Below are positions 39,971 through 50,327 of a stretch of 64,000 nt of DNA, piece after piece. Source of the stretch: Phycisphaerae bacterium (lineage in GTDB: Bacteria; Planctomycetota; Phycisphaerae; UBA1845). The notes beneath the pieces are model-generated. The model saw only the letters and a list, made by a program, of their open reading frames with translations, made no database searches and was not told the DNA's origin. A program made the translations under genes and the position numbers. Numbering within the stretch: the stretch's first letter is position 1; each line of letters opens with the position of its first letter. The DNA lies in contig CAXXGO010000006.1 in NCBI GenBank assembly GCA_963666835.2, forward strand, positions 2,304,001-2,368,000, given 5' to 3'.

Positions 39971-40016
39971 CGCAGGCTTCCAGCCTGCCCCACGTAGCGC
40001 GGGCTTCCAGCCTGCC
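39967..40016 (+). repeat. REP pair (GTAA/GTAG CGCAGGCTTCCAGCCTGCC family)
   Basis: Copies at 39967 and 39994. Confidence 0.85.
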
Positions 40017-40385
40017 CGCCGGTGGGCCACTGCGTTTGAGCAATTGAAGGGCGGGGCACGGTGTGGATAGAACCCGAGTCTGCACGTGTGGCAAAGCACC
40101 AGTGGTGTTTCAAAAAGGTGGCCGCGGTTCCTTTTCATTTGACTGCTAAGCAAGGGCTGGAGAGGTTTTCTCCCCCGTTGTTCGGCAAGTGGCGAAGGAC
40201 CTTGCCGAGGGCCATCCGGGGCTGTGCTGCGGGCCTCATCCGCGGTGCCTAGCGCTGGCGTCGGGGTGGTTCCGGCGTTAAGATATCTTGAGATTCGGTG
40301 TGGTGCCGAGATTGTCTCTCGGCAGGTGTGGCTCGGTGGGTGACACCGGCGGGCGTGCGTTTGTAGGCGTAATGAGGAGGCCGAC

Positions 40386-40994
40386 GTGGCTGGAACGAAT
40401 CGCTATCCGGTAATTCTGATGTTTGGTGGTCCGGGGTCCGGGAAGGGAACGCAGGGCGTGGTCATCGGGCAGATGCCGAACCTGGTGCATCTGGCGATGG
40501 GAGACATCTTCCGCGCAATCGATCCGGATTCGGATATCGGGAAGGAGTTCCTCTCCTACTCGACCAAGGGGCAGCTTGCTCCGGATGAGTTCACCGTGCG
40601 CCTGTTCACGCATCACGTTAGCCAGAAGGTCGAGGCCGGCACCATCGATCCGGAGTATCACACGCTGATTCTCGACGGAATTCCTCGTACGGTTGCCCAG
40701 GTCGAGGCGCTCGCGGACGTTATCGATGTCAAACGAATCATCCACTTGGTAATGGATGATCGCGATGCCCTGATCGCCCGGCTGGCCGCGCGGGCCACCA
40801 AGTCCGGCCGCCCGGATGACGCCGATCGTAGCGTGATCGAGAACCGTATTGAGGTTTACGAGCGCGAGACGCGTCCGGTCCTTGAAGCTTACCCGAAGAA
40901 GCTGATCGCGCGAGTCAATGGCGATCAGCCGCCGCTGGCTGTGCTGCGCGACGTGGCGGACTGCCTGGTTGGAGTAGTCTCTGCGAAGATTTAG
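40386..40994 (+). CDS. adk: Adenylate kinase (short LID)
   Basis: GGPGSGKGTQ, GDIFR, LDGIPRT, R.DD. Confidence 0.9.
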   Translation: MAGTNRYPVILMFGGPGSGKGTQGVVIGQMPNLVHLAMGDIFRAIDPDSDIGKEFLSYSTKGQLAPDEFTVRLFTHHVSQKVEAGTIDPEYHTLILDGIPRTVAQVEALADVIDVKRIIHLVMDDRDALIARLAARATKSGRPDDADRSVIENRIEVYERETRPVLEAYPKKLIARVNGDQPPLAVLRDVADCLVGVVSAKI

Positions 40995-41021
40995 GAGGAA
41001 CGGCGGCTTCAGCACGCCCGA

Positions 41022-41276
41022 TTGTCGAAGAAGCACGGTTTCAGTTTGCAGGGCCAGATTGCAATGGCTATGGAAGGTACGCAGATACGACTTTGGAAAC
41101 GTGTGACCAAGAGCGGCAAGGTCTACCTGACCGGCTCGATGAGCAAGGTCACGCGACTTGTCGTGGTTATGAACGATCGCAAGAAGGACGGTGACACTCA
41201 GAGTCCCGACTACTTCGCATACATCGTACCGAACCGTGGGACCGGCCACGTCAATACCCAGGTCGATGATCTCTAG
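41022..41276 (+). CDS. Small basic beta-rich protein, DUF736-like
   Basis: Pattern LWKRVTKSGKVYLTG...NDRKK...PDY. Confidence 0.5.
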   Translation: MSKKHGFSLQGQIAMAMEGTQIRLWKRVTKSGKVYLTGSMSKVTRLVVVMNDRKKDGDTQSPDYFAYIVPNRGTGHVNTQVDDL

Positions 41277-41431
41277 CTCTGGTTCCGGAGCAATTTCCGA
41301 GGGGCTCTCTCTTTGCGCTCAGGTTGCGGATCGCGGATTAGCGTTCGGGGCGGTTTCTCGGATCTGCGGCCTATGCGGAAGCCGAGGCGCAACCCTGCGG
41401 GGGGAGGTGCTGGTGAGCGGGGACGCAGCGG

Positions 41432-41662
41432 TCACGCCATGACTGAGAACAACGCCCATAGGCCCACGCCGACTCCGTACATGCCAAGGACGATTGTCAC
41501 CCAGAGCACGATGGCGGCTAAAGGAATGTCACGAAGATCGTCGCACCGCGTCGTTTTGTAAACGACCGCAATGCTCAGGCAAAGGGGGAACATCAGGAGG
41601 GCGTGCTGTCCTCCGGTCATCGCGGTCGTGGCCAAGAGCAGCCCTGCCGTTATCCCACTCAT
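41432..41662 (-). CDS. Small membrane protein
   Basis: 76 aa with hydrophobic helices, PLCLSIAVVYK; ATGA overlap with upstream gene. Confidence 0.65.
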   Translation of the reverse strand: MSGITAGLLLATTAMTGGQHALLMFPLCLSIAVVYKTTRCDDLRDIPLAAIVLWVTIVLGMYGVGVGLWALFSVMA

Positions 41663-42120
41663 TTGCCACCTTTGACTTCTTGCGCGCGCCCGGATTCCCT
41701 GGAGCCTGAACCGTCGGCGCGGGCCATAGCGTCAAGTATTACGAGCAGATTAAGCAGGCCGGCTATTCCCGTGTAGTGAACGCCTACATCGGCCGACAGC
41801 CAATGGCCGAGAAACGGGGAGTCCTCCGCGGGAGCCGGGGTCAACCGGCGGAGCGTACTCGCCGTCAACGCGTACGCGGCCAACGTGTTACCACCGGTGC
41901 CGAGCTGTGCGATGAACCACGCCTTTCTGCTGTGCGGATTCACCGTTGCCGCGCTCCCGCCGATGAAGATGCCCGTCCAGAACGTAGCGCATATCGTGAT
42001 CAGCAGTATCAGTCCGCGAGCACGGTGGCCAAGGTACAGATGTCCAAGCCCCGGCAGGATCCAAGACAGTAGCCCCGCCAGGGGCATTTGGACAGCCGCA
42101 TGTTCTTGGGCTTTCGCCAA
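41659..42120 (-). CDS. DUF6677-like membrane protein
   Basis: SWILPGLGHLYLG..RG; YTGIAGLLNLLVILDA; AGGAG before TTG. Confidence 0.7.
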   Translation of the reverse strand: MAKAQEHAAVQMPLAGLLSWILPGLGHLYLGHRARGLILLITICATFWTGIFIGGSAATVNPHSRKAWFIAQLGTGGNTLAAYALTASTLRRLTPAPAEDSPFLGHWLSADVGVHYTGIAGLLNLLVILDAMARADGSGSRESGRAQEVKGGK

Positions 42121-42131
42121 CGGGCTCACTC

Positions 42132-42371
42132 CTATGCGGAAGACCGGGGGCAACCGCCGCCCCCGTCGCAACATGAATCACACGCACCGCCGGAAGTGGC
42201 GCACGGGGGCAAAGAAGGGTTTCCTGCCCGAGCTGCAAACCGGCTCATTTGCCGGGTGACCTCCGCACCGCCACAGGCCGGGCACGCAGGACGCCTCGGT
42301 TGACGTCCCGAGCGGATCAGCTCCTCAAACGAGTGCTCGCACGATGCGCAGATGTATTCGTAAATCGGCAC
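42132..42371 (-). CDS. FmdB family zinc-ribbon protein
   Basis: MPIYEYIC..C.H.FE...CPACG; Cys-rich tail. Confidence 0.9.
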   Translation of the reverse strand: MPIYEYICASCEHSFEELIRSGRQPRRPACPACGGAEVTRQMSRFAARAGNPSLPPCATSGGACDSCCDGGGGCPRSSA

Positions 42372-42635
42372 CAGTTACAAGTTCCAGTAGAAGTCGACTA
42401 GCTCGGTCCCTTTCGTAGCCGGAGTATAGAGCCCCGGCATGCCGGTCGCAACGTGCCTTGCCCGAAGAGATGTTCTCGTTCTCAGGTCCCCGGCGTTGAC
42501 GTCTGCGCTGATGGGCGGAGCGCTCGTGTCGTTTGCCGCGAATCGACGTTGTTGACACATCGAAAGACATTGCCGAAAACCCCGGCGGTGCCGAGAACGG
42601 GGGGCGTGGCCTCCCTTGGGGAGCTGGGGAAGTCC

Positions 42636-43394
42636 ATGAACGGGATCATCAACCTTGATAAGCCGGTGGGGATAACGTCCGCCAAGGCGGTCTACAAGGT
42701 CCGCGCCATCACCGCCCAGCGGAAAAGCGGCCACGCCGGCACTCTCGATCCGGGAGCCAGTGGCGTGTTGGTGGTCTGCCTGGGTAAGGCGACAAAGCTG
42801 GTTGAACTCGTCATGGATCAGCCCAAGGTGTACCGGGCGACGGCCCGCTTGGATGTCACCAGCGCGAGCCTCGATGCCGATCGCCCGATGGAGCCGGTTG
42901 ACGTCGCGGTGATCCCGGCATTTGCCGCGGTCAGTCGAGTTTGTGGATCGTTCGAGGGATTGATCGAGCAGGTGCCGCCGCAGGTAAGCGCTTTGAAGGT
43001 CGGCGGTGTGCCGGCGTACAAGCTGGCGAAGAAGGGCAGTTCCATCAAACTGGCACCACGGCGTGTGCAAGTCTATTGGATGCACGTGCATCGGTACGAG
43101 TGGCCGGAGATTGACTTTGAGGTGGCTTGCGGTCGAGGAACATACGTTCGTGCTCTGATCCGTGATATCGGTGTGAAGCTCGACACCGGGGGCTGCCTGA
43201 CGTCCTTGAGCCGAAAGCAGATCGGCCCTTTTTTGAGCCGAGACGGCTGGTCGTTCGAGCGACTGAGCGCGGCGGACGGACCGGGTGAGTTCCTGATTGA
43301 GTTGGACCGGGCTCGAGATCTGTTGTCCGCGGAGCGCGTAGAAATACCCTCGCGACCTGAACAAACTCCCGCCTCGGAATCTCAGGACGATTGA
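42636..43394 (+). CDS. truB: tRNA pseudouridine(55) synthase
   Basis: LDKPVGITS, GHAGTLDP, PP..SALK, GTYVRAL. Confidence 0.93.
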   Translation: MNGIINLDKPVGITSAKAVYKVRAITAQRKSGHAGTLDPGASGVLVVCLGKATKLVELVMDQPKVYRATARLDVTSASLDADRPMEPVDVAVIPAFAAVSRVCGSFEGLIEQVPPQVSALKVGGVPAYKLAKKGSSIKLAPRRVQVYWMHVHRYEWPEIDFEVACGRGTYVRALIRDIGVKLDTGGCLTSLSRKQIGPFLSRDGWSFERLSAADGPGEFLIELDRARDLLSAERVEIPSRPEQTPASESQDD

Positions 43395-43558
43395 CGCGAG
43401 GATGTGAACGCCCCGGTGGCTACGGAACATCGGCCGGCCCGGCAGCGGTCCGGCTTGACAAGAACGCCGAATACGTCGACCGTGCGCGTCGGCATCAGAG
43501 CCCGCGAACGACCGGCGGAACGGTTGTGGGGCTTGCCGAGTTGCAGCGTGAGAACCGA

Positions 43559-44050
43559 ATGGACGCGGTGGTTTGTGGGATTGACCCCGGACTGGGCACG
43601 ACCGGGTATGCGGTAGTGCGCACGGGAAGCAACCGAGGTGTGATCGATGCCGGGGTCTGCCGGTTCGACGGGAGCCGCCCCCTGGCCGAGCGGCTCGCGG
43701 CGGTCGATCATGACATCTCCGCCATTCTGAGCGAGCATCATCCCGACGTCGTAGCCGTAGAGCAATTGTACTCGCACTATGCTCACCCCCGCACGGCGAT
43801 CCTGATGGGCCATGCCCGCGGGGTCATTCTAGCGGCGGCGGCCCGGCTCGAAATCGAGGTTCGGAGTTTCGCCGCAACCCAGATTAAGCGACATCTCACC
43901 GGTAACGGGCGAGCGACCAAGGTTCAAATGCAGCGCGCCGTGAAAACGACTCTCGGGCTTGCCGTGCTGCCTGAGCCGGCCGACGTGGCCGACGCTCTCG
44001 CGATTGCTCTGTGTTGCGGGGCTCATTGCTCCGCGGAGGTGATCTCGTGA
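43559..44050 (+). CDS. ruvC: Holliday junction resolvase
   Basis: GIDPG..TGY, AVE, HARG, GNGRATK.Q, DVADALAIA. Confidence 0.95.
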   Translation: MDAVVCGIDPGLGTTGYAVVRTGSNRGVIDAGVCRFDGSRPLAERLAAVDHDISAILSEHHPDVVAVEQLYSHYAHPRTAILMGHARGVILAAAARLEIEVRSFAATQIKRHLTGNGRATKVQMQRAVKTTLGLAVLPEPADVADALAIALCCGAHCSAEVIS

Positions 44051-44679
44051 TTGTCCGCCTTACCGGTACGATGATCGAAGTTACGGAGGAATCCGTGGTT
44101 GTTGAGCGCGAAGGGGTGGCTCGTGAGGTCCTGATTCCGAGCTTTGCGGTGGCGGAACTTGCAGCATACCGCGGGCAGGTCGTAACCCTCCATACGATCG
44201 AGTTCTTCGAAGGTAATCAGGCATCCGGGCAGTTGGTCCCGCGGATTCTCGGGTTCCTTCACGAGGAGGATCGGTTATTCTTCACCCGGTTCGTTGCGGT
44301 GAAGGGCATCGGTCCGCGGAAAGCCTTGAAGGCTCTGGCGGAGCCGGTGAGACGGATCGCTACGTGGATCGAGTCGGGCGATGCGAAGGCCATGGTCCGG
44401 CTGCCGGGAATCGGAAAACGCGCGGCGGAACTGATTGTGGCGTCGTTGCGGGGGAAGATGGACGATCTGGCGCTGCCTGCGGAGGAGGACAGCGTTACCG
44501 AGGCCGTCCAACTGAGCCGGTCGCAACGCGACGCTCTGGAGATCCTGGTGGCGTGGGGCGACTCACGCAATGACTCTGAAAGATGGCTGCAACGTGCTGC
44601 CCAGCTTCATCCGGATGTCGAGACCGCCGACGAATGGGTCCGTGCTGCGTATCGGATCAAGACCGGCTCCGAAGGATGA
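44047..44679 (+). CDS. ruvA: Holliday junction branch migration protein RuvA
   Basis: VKGIGPRKA and LPGIGKRAAE HhH motifs; between ruvC and ruvB. Confidence 0.9.
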   Translation: MIVRLTGTMIEVTEESVVVEREGVAREVLIPSFAVAELAAYRGQVVTLHTIEFFEGNQASGQLVPRILGFLHEEDRLFFTRFVAVKGIGPRKALKALAEPVRRIATWIESGDAKAMVRLPGIGKRAAELIVASLRGKMDDLALPAEEDSVTEAVQLSRSQRDALEILVAWGDSRNDSERWLQRAAQLHPDVETADEWVRAAYRIKTGSEG

Positions 44680-44800
44680 GTGATGGCTGCCGTGCGCGGA
44701 ACGATTCGTTTCGGAGCCGGCATCCGCGATGTGGCTCCGGGCAGTCGAGGTTCGGTTGCGGGTGCTCTTGTTCCACCGAATGAGCGTTTAGTGTGAGCTA

Positions 44801-45844
44801 ATGGCCAGAGACCGCTTGATATCCGGCGATAGTCGCGAGGTGGATAGGCCGATTGACGCGGCGCTGCGCCCCCAGAGGATTGCCGATATGGTGGGGCAGC
44901 GCGCGGTGCTCGACAAGCTCGACATCGCCATGGCGGCCGCCAGGAAACGCGGGGAGCCGCTGGAGCACATCCTGCTCGACGGTCCTCCCGGACTGGGCAA
45001 AACTACGTTGGCGAACGTGGTCGCCCGGGAGATGGTAGGCAAGCCGGCACGGGTGACGTCCGGCCCGTCGTTGGCCAAGCAGGCGGACCTGATGACCCTG
45101 TTGACCAACCTCGAAGAAGGCGACGTTCTGTTCATCGACGAGGTACACCGCCTGCCGACCGTGGTAGAGGAGTTCCTATATCCGGCGATGGAGGACTTTC
45201 GAGTCGATTTTACGATCGAAGGCGGCTTGAGTGGTCGCGTGGTCAACTTCGCCCTGCGGCGGTATACCCTGATCGGGGCGACGACCCGGGCGGGAATGCT
45301 CAGCGGGGCGATGCGGGATCGGTTCGGACACCGTTATCACCTGGAGTTCTACTCCACGAAGGACCTGGCCGAGATTCTGCACCGGTCGGCCGCGAAGCTG
45401 CAACTTGAATCGGAAGCGGGAGCGCTGGAGTTGATCGCGGCGCGGAGCCGCGGCACCCCCCGGGTGGCGAACCGTCTGCTCAAGCGCGTTCGCGATTATG
45501 CTCAGGTGCGGGCCGACGGGGTATTGGCCGGCACGGTCGTCGAGGAAGCGCTTGAGATTCAACAGGTTGACCACTTGGGGTTGGACGAGCTTGACCGCAG
45601 TTTCCTGACCACGCTCATCAAGATCTACGATGGAGGACCCGCCGGTATCGAGGCCCTCGCTGCGACGATGGGGCAGGAGCGGGACACTCTGGAGGATATG
45701 GTCGAGCCTTATCTGCTGCAGATCGGCTTTGTCATCCGGACGCGTCAAGGGCGGCAGGCAACGCGAGATGCCTACGCGCATCTCGGTTTGCCGCTGGACT
45801 GCAAGAAGGGGCCAGATCCGGCGGATCAGCAGACCTTGTTCTGA
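44801..45844 (+). CDS. ruvB: Holliday junction helicase RuvB
   Basis: LRP, GPPGLGKTTLA, FIDEVHR, LYPAMED, RGTPR. Confidence 0.97.
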   Translation: MARDRLISGDSREVDRPIDAALRPQRIADMVGQRAVLDKLDIAMAAARKRGEPLEHILLDGPPGLGKTTLANVVAREMVGKPARVTSGPSLAKQADLMTLLTNLEEGDVLFIDEVHRLPTVVEEFLYPAMEDFRVDFTIEGGLSGRVVNFALRRYTLIGATTRAGMLSGAMRDRFGHRYHLEFYSTKDLAEILHRSAAKLQLESEAGALELIAARSRGTPRVANRLLKRVRDYAQVRADGVLAGTVVEEALEIQQVDHLGLDELDRSFLTTLIKIYDGGPAGIEALAATMGQERDTLEDMVEPYLLQIGFVIRTRQGRQATRDAYAHLGLPLDCKKGPDPADQQTLF

Positions 45845-45972
45845 TCGTCTGGGTGCCCTGGTGAGGGTTTGGTGAGATGTTGTTCACCGGGGTTGTCTGC
45901 CTGATGGCACTGAGTTCACCGAGTGGGGGAGGTTGGACGGTGGGGATTCTGCAGACAGCCGGGAATTCGCGT

Positions 45973-46815
45973 ATGAAAGTCAAGGTCGCCAGCTCGTACG
46001 GTTTCTGCATTGGGGTCAAGGATGCCATCCGGATTGCCGAGGCTGCGGTGCACGAGCGCGGTCACGGGCGGGTAGTGGCCTTGGGGCCGGTTATTCACAA
46101 TCCACAGGTTGTGAAGAGGTTGGAGGATGCCGGATTGGACCAGTCGGGCGATCTGGAGACCGTGGCCCCTTCGCAGGCGGTGCTGGTGCGTTCGCACGGT
46201 GCGTCCCCGGAGACCTTCCGGCGAGCCAAGGCGCGAGGTCTGGAGATCATCGACGCAACGTGCGCGCTTGTGCGGCGAGCTCAAGCGGTGGTGGGGCAAC
46301 TGCACCAGGAGGGATATCGGGTGGTGATGATCGGGGATCCCAACCACCCGGAGGTCCGTGGGGTTGTGGGGTACGCTCCGAACGTGACCGTGTTGGATCG
46401 AGGCACGGATTTCGAGGAGGCTCTCCCGCGCAAGGGGAAGCTGGGAATCGTCGCGCAGACGACTCACTCGCCGGAGCACGTGGCGGAGGTGATATCTGAG
46501 ATCCTCAAGCGTCCTTATCGTGAGGTGAAGATCGTCAACACCCTTTGCCGGGAGGTCACGCGTCGGCAGGAAGCGGCCGCAGTTCTCGCCCGGGAGGTGG
46601 ACGTGATGTTCGTTCTCGGCGGGCTTCGGTCGGCCAATACGAGAGAGATGGCGCGCCTGTGCCGTGAGACGGGCTGTGCAACGTATCACCTGGAGACATG
46701 GCAGCAGTTTGAGCCGGAGATGGTTCAAGGGCGGAGTACCGCCGGAGTGTCGGCAGGGACGTCTACGCCGGATGACGTGATCGACGAGTTCGTCTGTAAC
46801 CTCGAAGCCCTCTGA
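45973..46815 (+). CDS. ispH: 4-hydroxy-3-methylbut-2-enyl diphosphate reductase
   Basis: GFCIGV, HNP, RSHG, DATC, HPEV, QTT, NTLC, SANT, AGTSTP. Confidence 0.95.
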   Translation: MKVKVASSYGFCIGVKDAIRIAEAAVHERGHGRVVALGPVIHNPQVVKRLEDAGLDQSGDLETVAPSQAVLVRSHGASPETFRRAKARGLEIIDATCALVRRAQAVVGQLHQEGYRVVMIGDPNHPEVRGVVGYAPNVTVLDRGTDFEEALPRKGKLGIVAQTTHSPEHVAEVISEILKRPYREVKIVNTLCREVTRRQEAAAVLAREVDVMFVLGGLRSANTREMARLCRETGCATYHLETWQQFEPEMVQGRSTAGVSAGTSTPDDVIDEFVCNLEAL

Positions 46816-46962
46816 ATCATCCTTCGAACAACCGTAGCGCGGGGGCGGTTCGGAATCGGAAAAGGGGGCCGCGTTCCTTTTCCATCGCGGCGCGGTATCA
46901 TTCGTGGGGTATCCGAGAGTATCGGACCGATTGGACGCACGCTACGTGGGGATGCGCACGCA

Positions 46963-48465
46963 TTGCTGAGCCAAACGTTCACAACACTCTGGTGGCTGGG
47001 CTTCTGGACGGCAGTTGGCTTGTGCGTGGGCAGCTTTCTCAACGTGGTGATCTACCGCCTGCCGCGCAATAAGTCGTTGCGTAAGCCGTTGTGGTCGGCT
47101 TGTCCGCACTGTCATCACCGGATCCGCTGGTACGACAACCTCCCCATCTTCAGCTTCGTGGCTCTGCGCGGCAGGTGCCGGGACTGCAAGATGCCGATCT
47201 CCACGCGTTACCTGGTGATCGAAGGGGCGATGGCGATCATCGCGTTGATGTTGCTCGACGCGTTCTTCGTCGGTCAGACTCGTCCGGGGCTGAGCCTGAG
47301 CGAGTTCGGTCTGACGGACAAGCTCGCGACCGACTGGCCCATCCTGGTCGCCCACCTGATTCTGTTTGCATGTTTGGTATCGATGTCGGCTATCGACCTC
47401 GAGCATTACTGGGTCGACGTTCGCTTCACCAATCTCGCGACGATTGCCGGGTTCGTGTTGCACGCCATCTGGACGCCCCGACACAGTGAGGCCTGGATTC
47501 GGCCGGACGACGCGACGGCGGTCGGGGCGCTGTTTGCGGTCTTCGGGCTTGGTGTGGTCTGGATGATCCTGATATGCCAGCCACACGTTGATCAGGAAGA
47601 CTGCGGTGAGTCCGAGCCGGGATCGGAAGAGCACGAGGAACCACCCGAGCCGCCCGCGACGGATCCGCGGCTGCTAATGGACGCACCGTCGCGCTGGTCG
47701 GGATGGGCTACCATGTTGGTCCTGGGCATGCTGTTGTTCTTTATGTCCTTGGTTTTGACCGGACATCCGTCGCTTCGCCACGGTTTGCGGGCCGGGCTGC
47801 CGCTATTCCTGTTCTTCCTGGTAATCGTGCGCGAGAGCATGGTGAACCGAGTGTCGGATCAGGAGATCGTCGACACCATCCAGGAGGAGCGTTTCGATGC
47901 TCGTCGCACCGTGCTCGCCGAGCTGGCGGTGCTGCTTCCGGCCGCGGTCCTCGGGGCGGTGGGGGTGTGGCTGATGCTCGGAAACGAAGGGTTCGCATCG
48001 CGCGTGAGTGAGGCCCTCCATCGTAACGTCGGTACCTGGGGTATTGCCCTGTTTCGCCATTGGACCCCGCTGCAGGGGATCGGCACGGCGGCGGCTGGAT
48101 ACGTGATTGCCGGAGCGTTGGGCTGGATCGTGCGGATTGTATTCACGCTGGTTTTCGGCAAGGAGGCCTTCGGAGTCGGCGACATCCACTTGATGGCGGC
48201 CGCGGGTTGTATCGCCGGCTGGCCGGTCGTGTTGCTGGGGTTCTTCGGGGCGTGCGGGTTTGCCCTGGTCGGCTGGTTGCTTGCGCTTCCGATCAAGCGT
48301 GCCCGAGCCTTGCCGCTGGGCCCTTGGCTGTGTTTGTCCTTCTTGACTGTGATCCTCTTCCTAGGCCCGATCCTCGATAGCTCAACCATAAGGAACGTGT
48401 TGAGCGTGATCGACATGTTGTTTTATGATAACTCACAGGTGTGGGTCCCCGGTCTGATCTTCTGA
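46963..48465 (+). CDS. Prepilin peptidase (A24) with large internal insertion
   Basis: GSFLNVVIYRLP, CPHC..GRCRDC, AIDLE, FGVGD, PLGPWL. Confidence 0.85.
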   Translation: MLSQTFTTLWWLGFWTAVGLCVGSFLNVVIYRLPRNKSLRKPLWSACPHCHHRIRWYDNLPIFSFVALRGRCRDCKMPISTRYLVIEGAMAIIALMLLDAFFVGQTRPGLSLSEFGLTDKLATDWPILVAHLILFACLVSMSAIDLEHYWVDVRFTNLATIAGFVLHAIWTPRHSEAWIRPDDATAVGALFAVFGLGVVWMILICQPHVDQEDCGESEPGSEEHEEPPEPPATDPRLLMDAPSRWSGWATMLVLGMLLFFMSLVLTGHPSLRHGLRAGLPLFLFFLVIVRESMVNRVSDQEIVDTIQEERFDARRTVLAELAVLLPAAVLGAVGVWLMLGNEGFASRVSEALHRNVGTWGIALFRHWTPLQGIGTAAAGYVIAGALGWIVRIVFTLVFGKEAFGVGDIHLMAAAGCIAGWPVVLLGFFGACGFALVGWLLALPIKRARALPLGPWLCLSFLTVILFLGPILDSSTIRNVLSVIDMLFYDNSQVWVPGLIF

Positions 48466-48661
48466 GTCTTGCATCCGTCGCCTGCGCAGCCTATCTTCAC
48501 ATGCGTAATATTCCGTGTTTGGTGATTGCCTGACACTGGGTATCGGAGGGGAGCGTTGTGGACGGCGCGTCTGTCATGGGGCGGTTCAGGGTGGCCGGGG
48601 ACGAGCCGGACGAGTGCGACACGGCGGTGGCTCTATCGACCATGCGGTGAAGGAGAAGAGG

Positions 48662-49333
48662 ATGATCAAGCGACGGATTACTACGGTGGCTCTCGGGTTG
48701 CTCGTGACGGTGGCTTCGGTCGGGTGCGCGAACCGCGCCCAGGACCGCATCGCCATGCTGGAGCAGGCCAACTATGAACTGACCGAACGCGTCAACGAAG
48801 GACGATCCGAGATAGACGCTGCGCTCGGCGAACGGGACGATCTCTATCAGCGCCTTGAGGCTGCCCTTCGCGAGCTGGACGATCTGAATGCTCAACTGGC
48901 CGCGATGCCGGAACCGGGGGCACAGGCACCCGGATGGACGGCGGTTCCCGGCGGAGCCATGATCGCTATCGAAGGGGAGATCCTCTTTCGATCAGGTAAG
49001 ACGACTGTGCGCGAGGAGGCCCGGCGAGCACTCGACGCGATCGTAAGCGCCGTGCAGGGCGACTACGCGGGTAAGCAGGTGTTTGTCTTCGGGCATACCG
49101 ATGACACTCCGATCAAAAAGAGCGGTTGGAAGGATAACTGGCAACTGAGTACGGAGCGGGCCCTGGCGGTGGCGCGTCATCTGCGGGACCAAGGGGTCGC
49201 GCCGGGGCGAATAGTGGCCTGCGGCTGCGGCGAGTATCGGCCCCGCATCGAGAACAGCTCCGGGCCCAACCGGGCCCGCAATCGCCGCGTGGAGATTTTT
49301 GCGATCGATCCGACGATATTAGGTGACATGTAG
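48662..49333 (+). CDS. OmpA/MotB-family lipoprotein with coiled coil
   Basis: SVGC lipobox; GHTD, NWQLSTERA, NRRVEI. Confidence 0.88.
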   Translation: MIKRRITTVALGLLVTVASVGCANRAQDRIAMLEQANYELTERVNEGRSEIDAALGERDDLYQRLEAALRELDDLNAQLAAMPEPGAQAPGWTAVPGGAMIAIEGEILFRSGKTTVREEARRALDAIVSAVQGDYAGKQVFVFGHTDDTPIKKSGWKDNWQLSTERALAVARHLRDQGVAPGRIVACGCGEYRPRIENSSGPNRARNRRVEIFAIDPTILGDM

Positions 49334-49369
49334 CTGTCATTAGGTGGCATGTGGCTGTTGCGAATCCCC

Positions 49370-49431
49370 GTAACGCAGGCTTCCAGCCTGCCTCCCGGGT
49401 GCGTCCCCGTAGCGCAGGCTTCCAGCCTGCC
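49370..49431 (+). repeat. REP pair (GTAA/GTAG CGCAGGCTTCCAGCCTGCC family)
   Basis: Copies at 49370 and 49409. Confidence 0.85.
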
Positions 49432-49568
49432 TCCTGGTACACGGGCTCGGCTCCCGGGGAAAGATCTTGACCGACCTTCCGGGCAGCCGCCCCGGCCCAC
49501 GTTCTTATAGATGGGGTACTCGTGTTGGTTCGCGCGTTGGGCGACAAACCGCACGCAGGATGCCTATG

Positions 49569-50327
49569 CTACGCGAAGGCGTCCGGCGGGGGATCGCGAA
49601 GATCGACGTCCCAGGTGTCGGGGATTCTCTGCTCGATAATCTCCGCCGCCAGGTTGAACCAGATCGGACACCGGTCGAGGATTGCGGAATCGCTGGTCGC
49701 AACCGGTTCGGAGCATGTAGACAAAACGCGATCGGGACTATCCACCAGTTCAACGACCCAGATCGGCTGAGCTTTTCCCGTGGCGTTACGTTGCTCAGCC
49801 AGCTCGCCCATGAGCGTCTTCAGCCGTCCGCTGTTTGACACCGGGCGGTCAAGATACCAGTACACACGGGCGACACCGAGCAACGAGAGATAGTCGGCGA
49901 TTACAGAAACAGCCGGAACGGTCTCTGCGACCGCGCGGTACGTGCCGTGAACGCTGGCCAGATCGCGACAGCAGCCGTCACGCCCCCGGAGCACCAATCC
50001 GCCCGAAAGGGCGCTTTCGATCGTGATGAGCACGTTGTATCCGTCAATCCGAACGGTTCTTCCGCGGCATTTGTCGACTGCCATCCGGGTAGTAGTCCGA
50101 TGGGCCAGCGCCTGATCCGAACAGGACGACCGCATCACCGCCTGCCTCTGGCGTACGGCCAAACCGTGCCGGTCGCCGACGATCTTCAATCCGGACTCCA
50201 CGGCGTAACCCCTGGTCAGCAGCCAGGAGTACTCGGCCACGGCCAGCCGCAGCTTGCGGTGATTGACCTCCCCGAAAAGGCGATCGTCGTTCGGGTGTTT
50301 GCCTCTATGTCGACGTCGGTCCGGCAT
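49569..50327 (-). CDS. DUF434 domain-containing protein (PIN-like C-terminal part)
   Basis: RHRG.HP.D, LLTRGY, VGDRH.L..RQR, IDGYNVLIT.E, RDLA, SNSGRL. Confidence 0.8.
   Translation of the reverse strand: MPDRRRHRGKHPNDDRLFGEVNHRKLRLAVAEYSWLLTRGYAVESGLKIVGDRHGLAVRQRQAVMRSSCSDQALAHRTTTRMAVDKCRGRTVRIDGYNVLITIESALSGGLVLRGRDGCCRDLASVHGTYRAVAETVPAVSVIADYLSLLGVARVYWYLDRPVSNSGRLKTLMGELAEQRNATGKAQPIWVVELVDSPDRVLSTCSEPVATSDSAILDRCPIWFNLAAEIIEQRIPDTWDVDLRDPPPDAFA

Noticed and set aside
40278..41249. 323-aa minus-strand ORF
   Set aside because: Antisense to adk.
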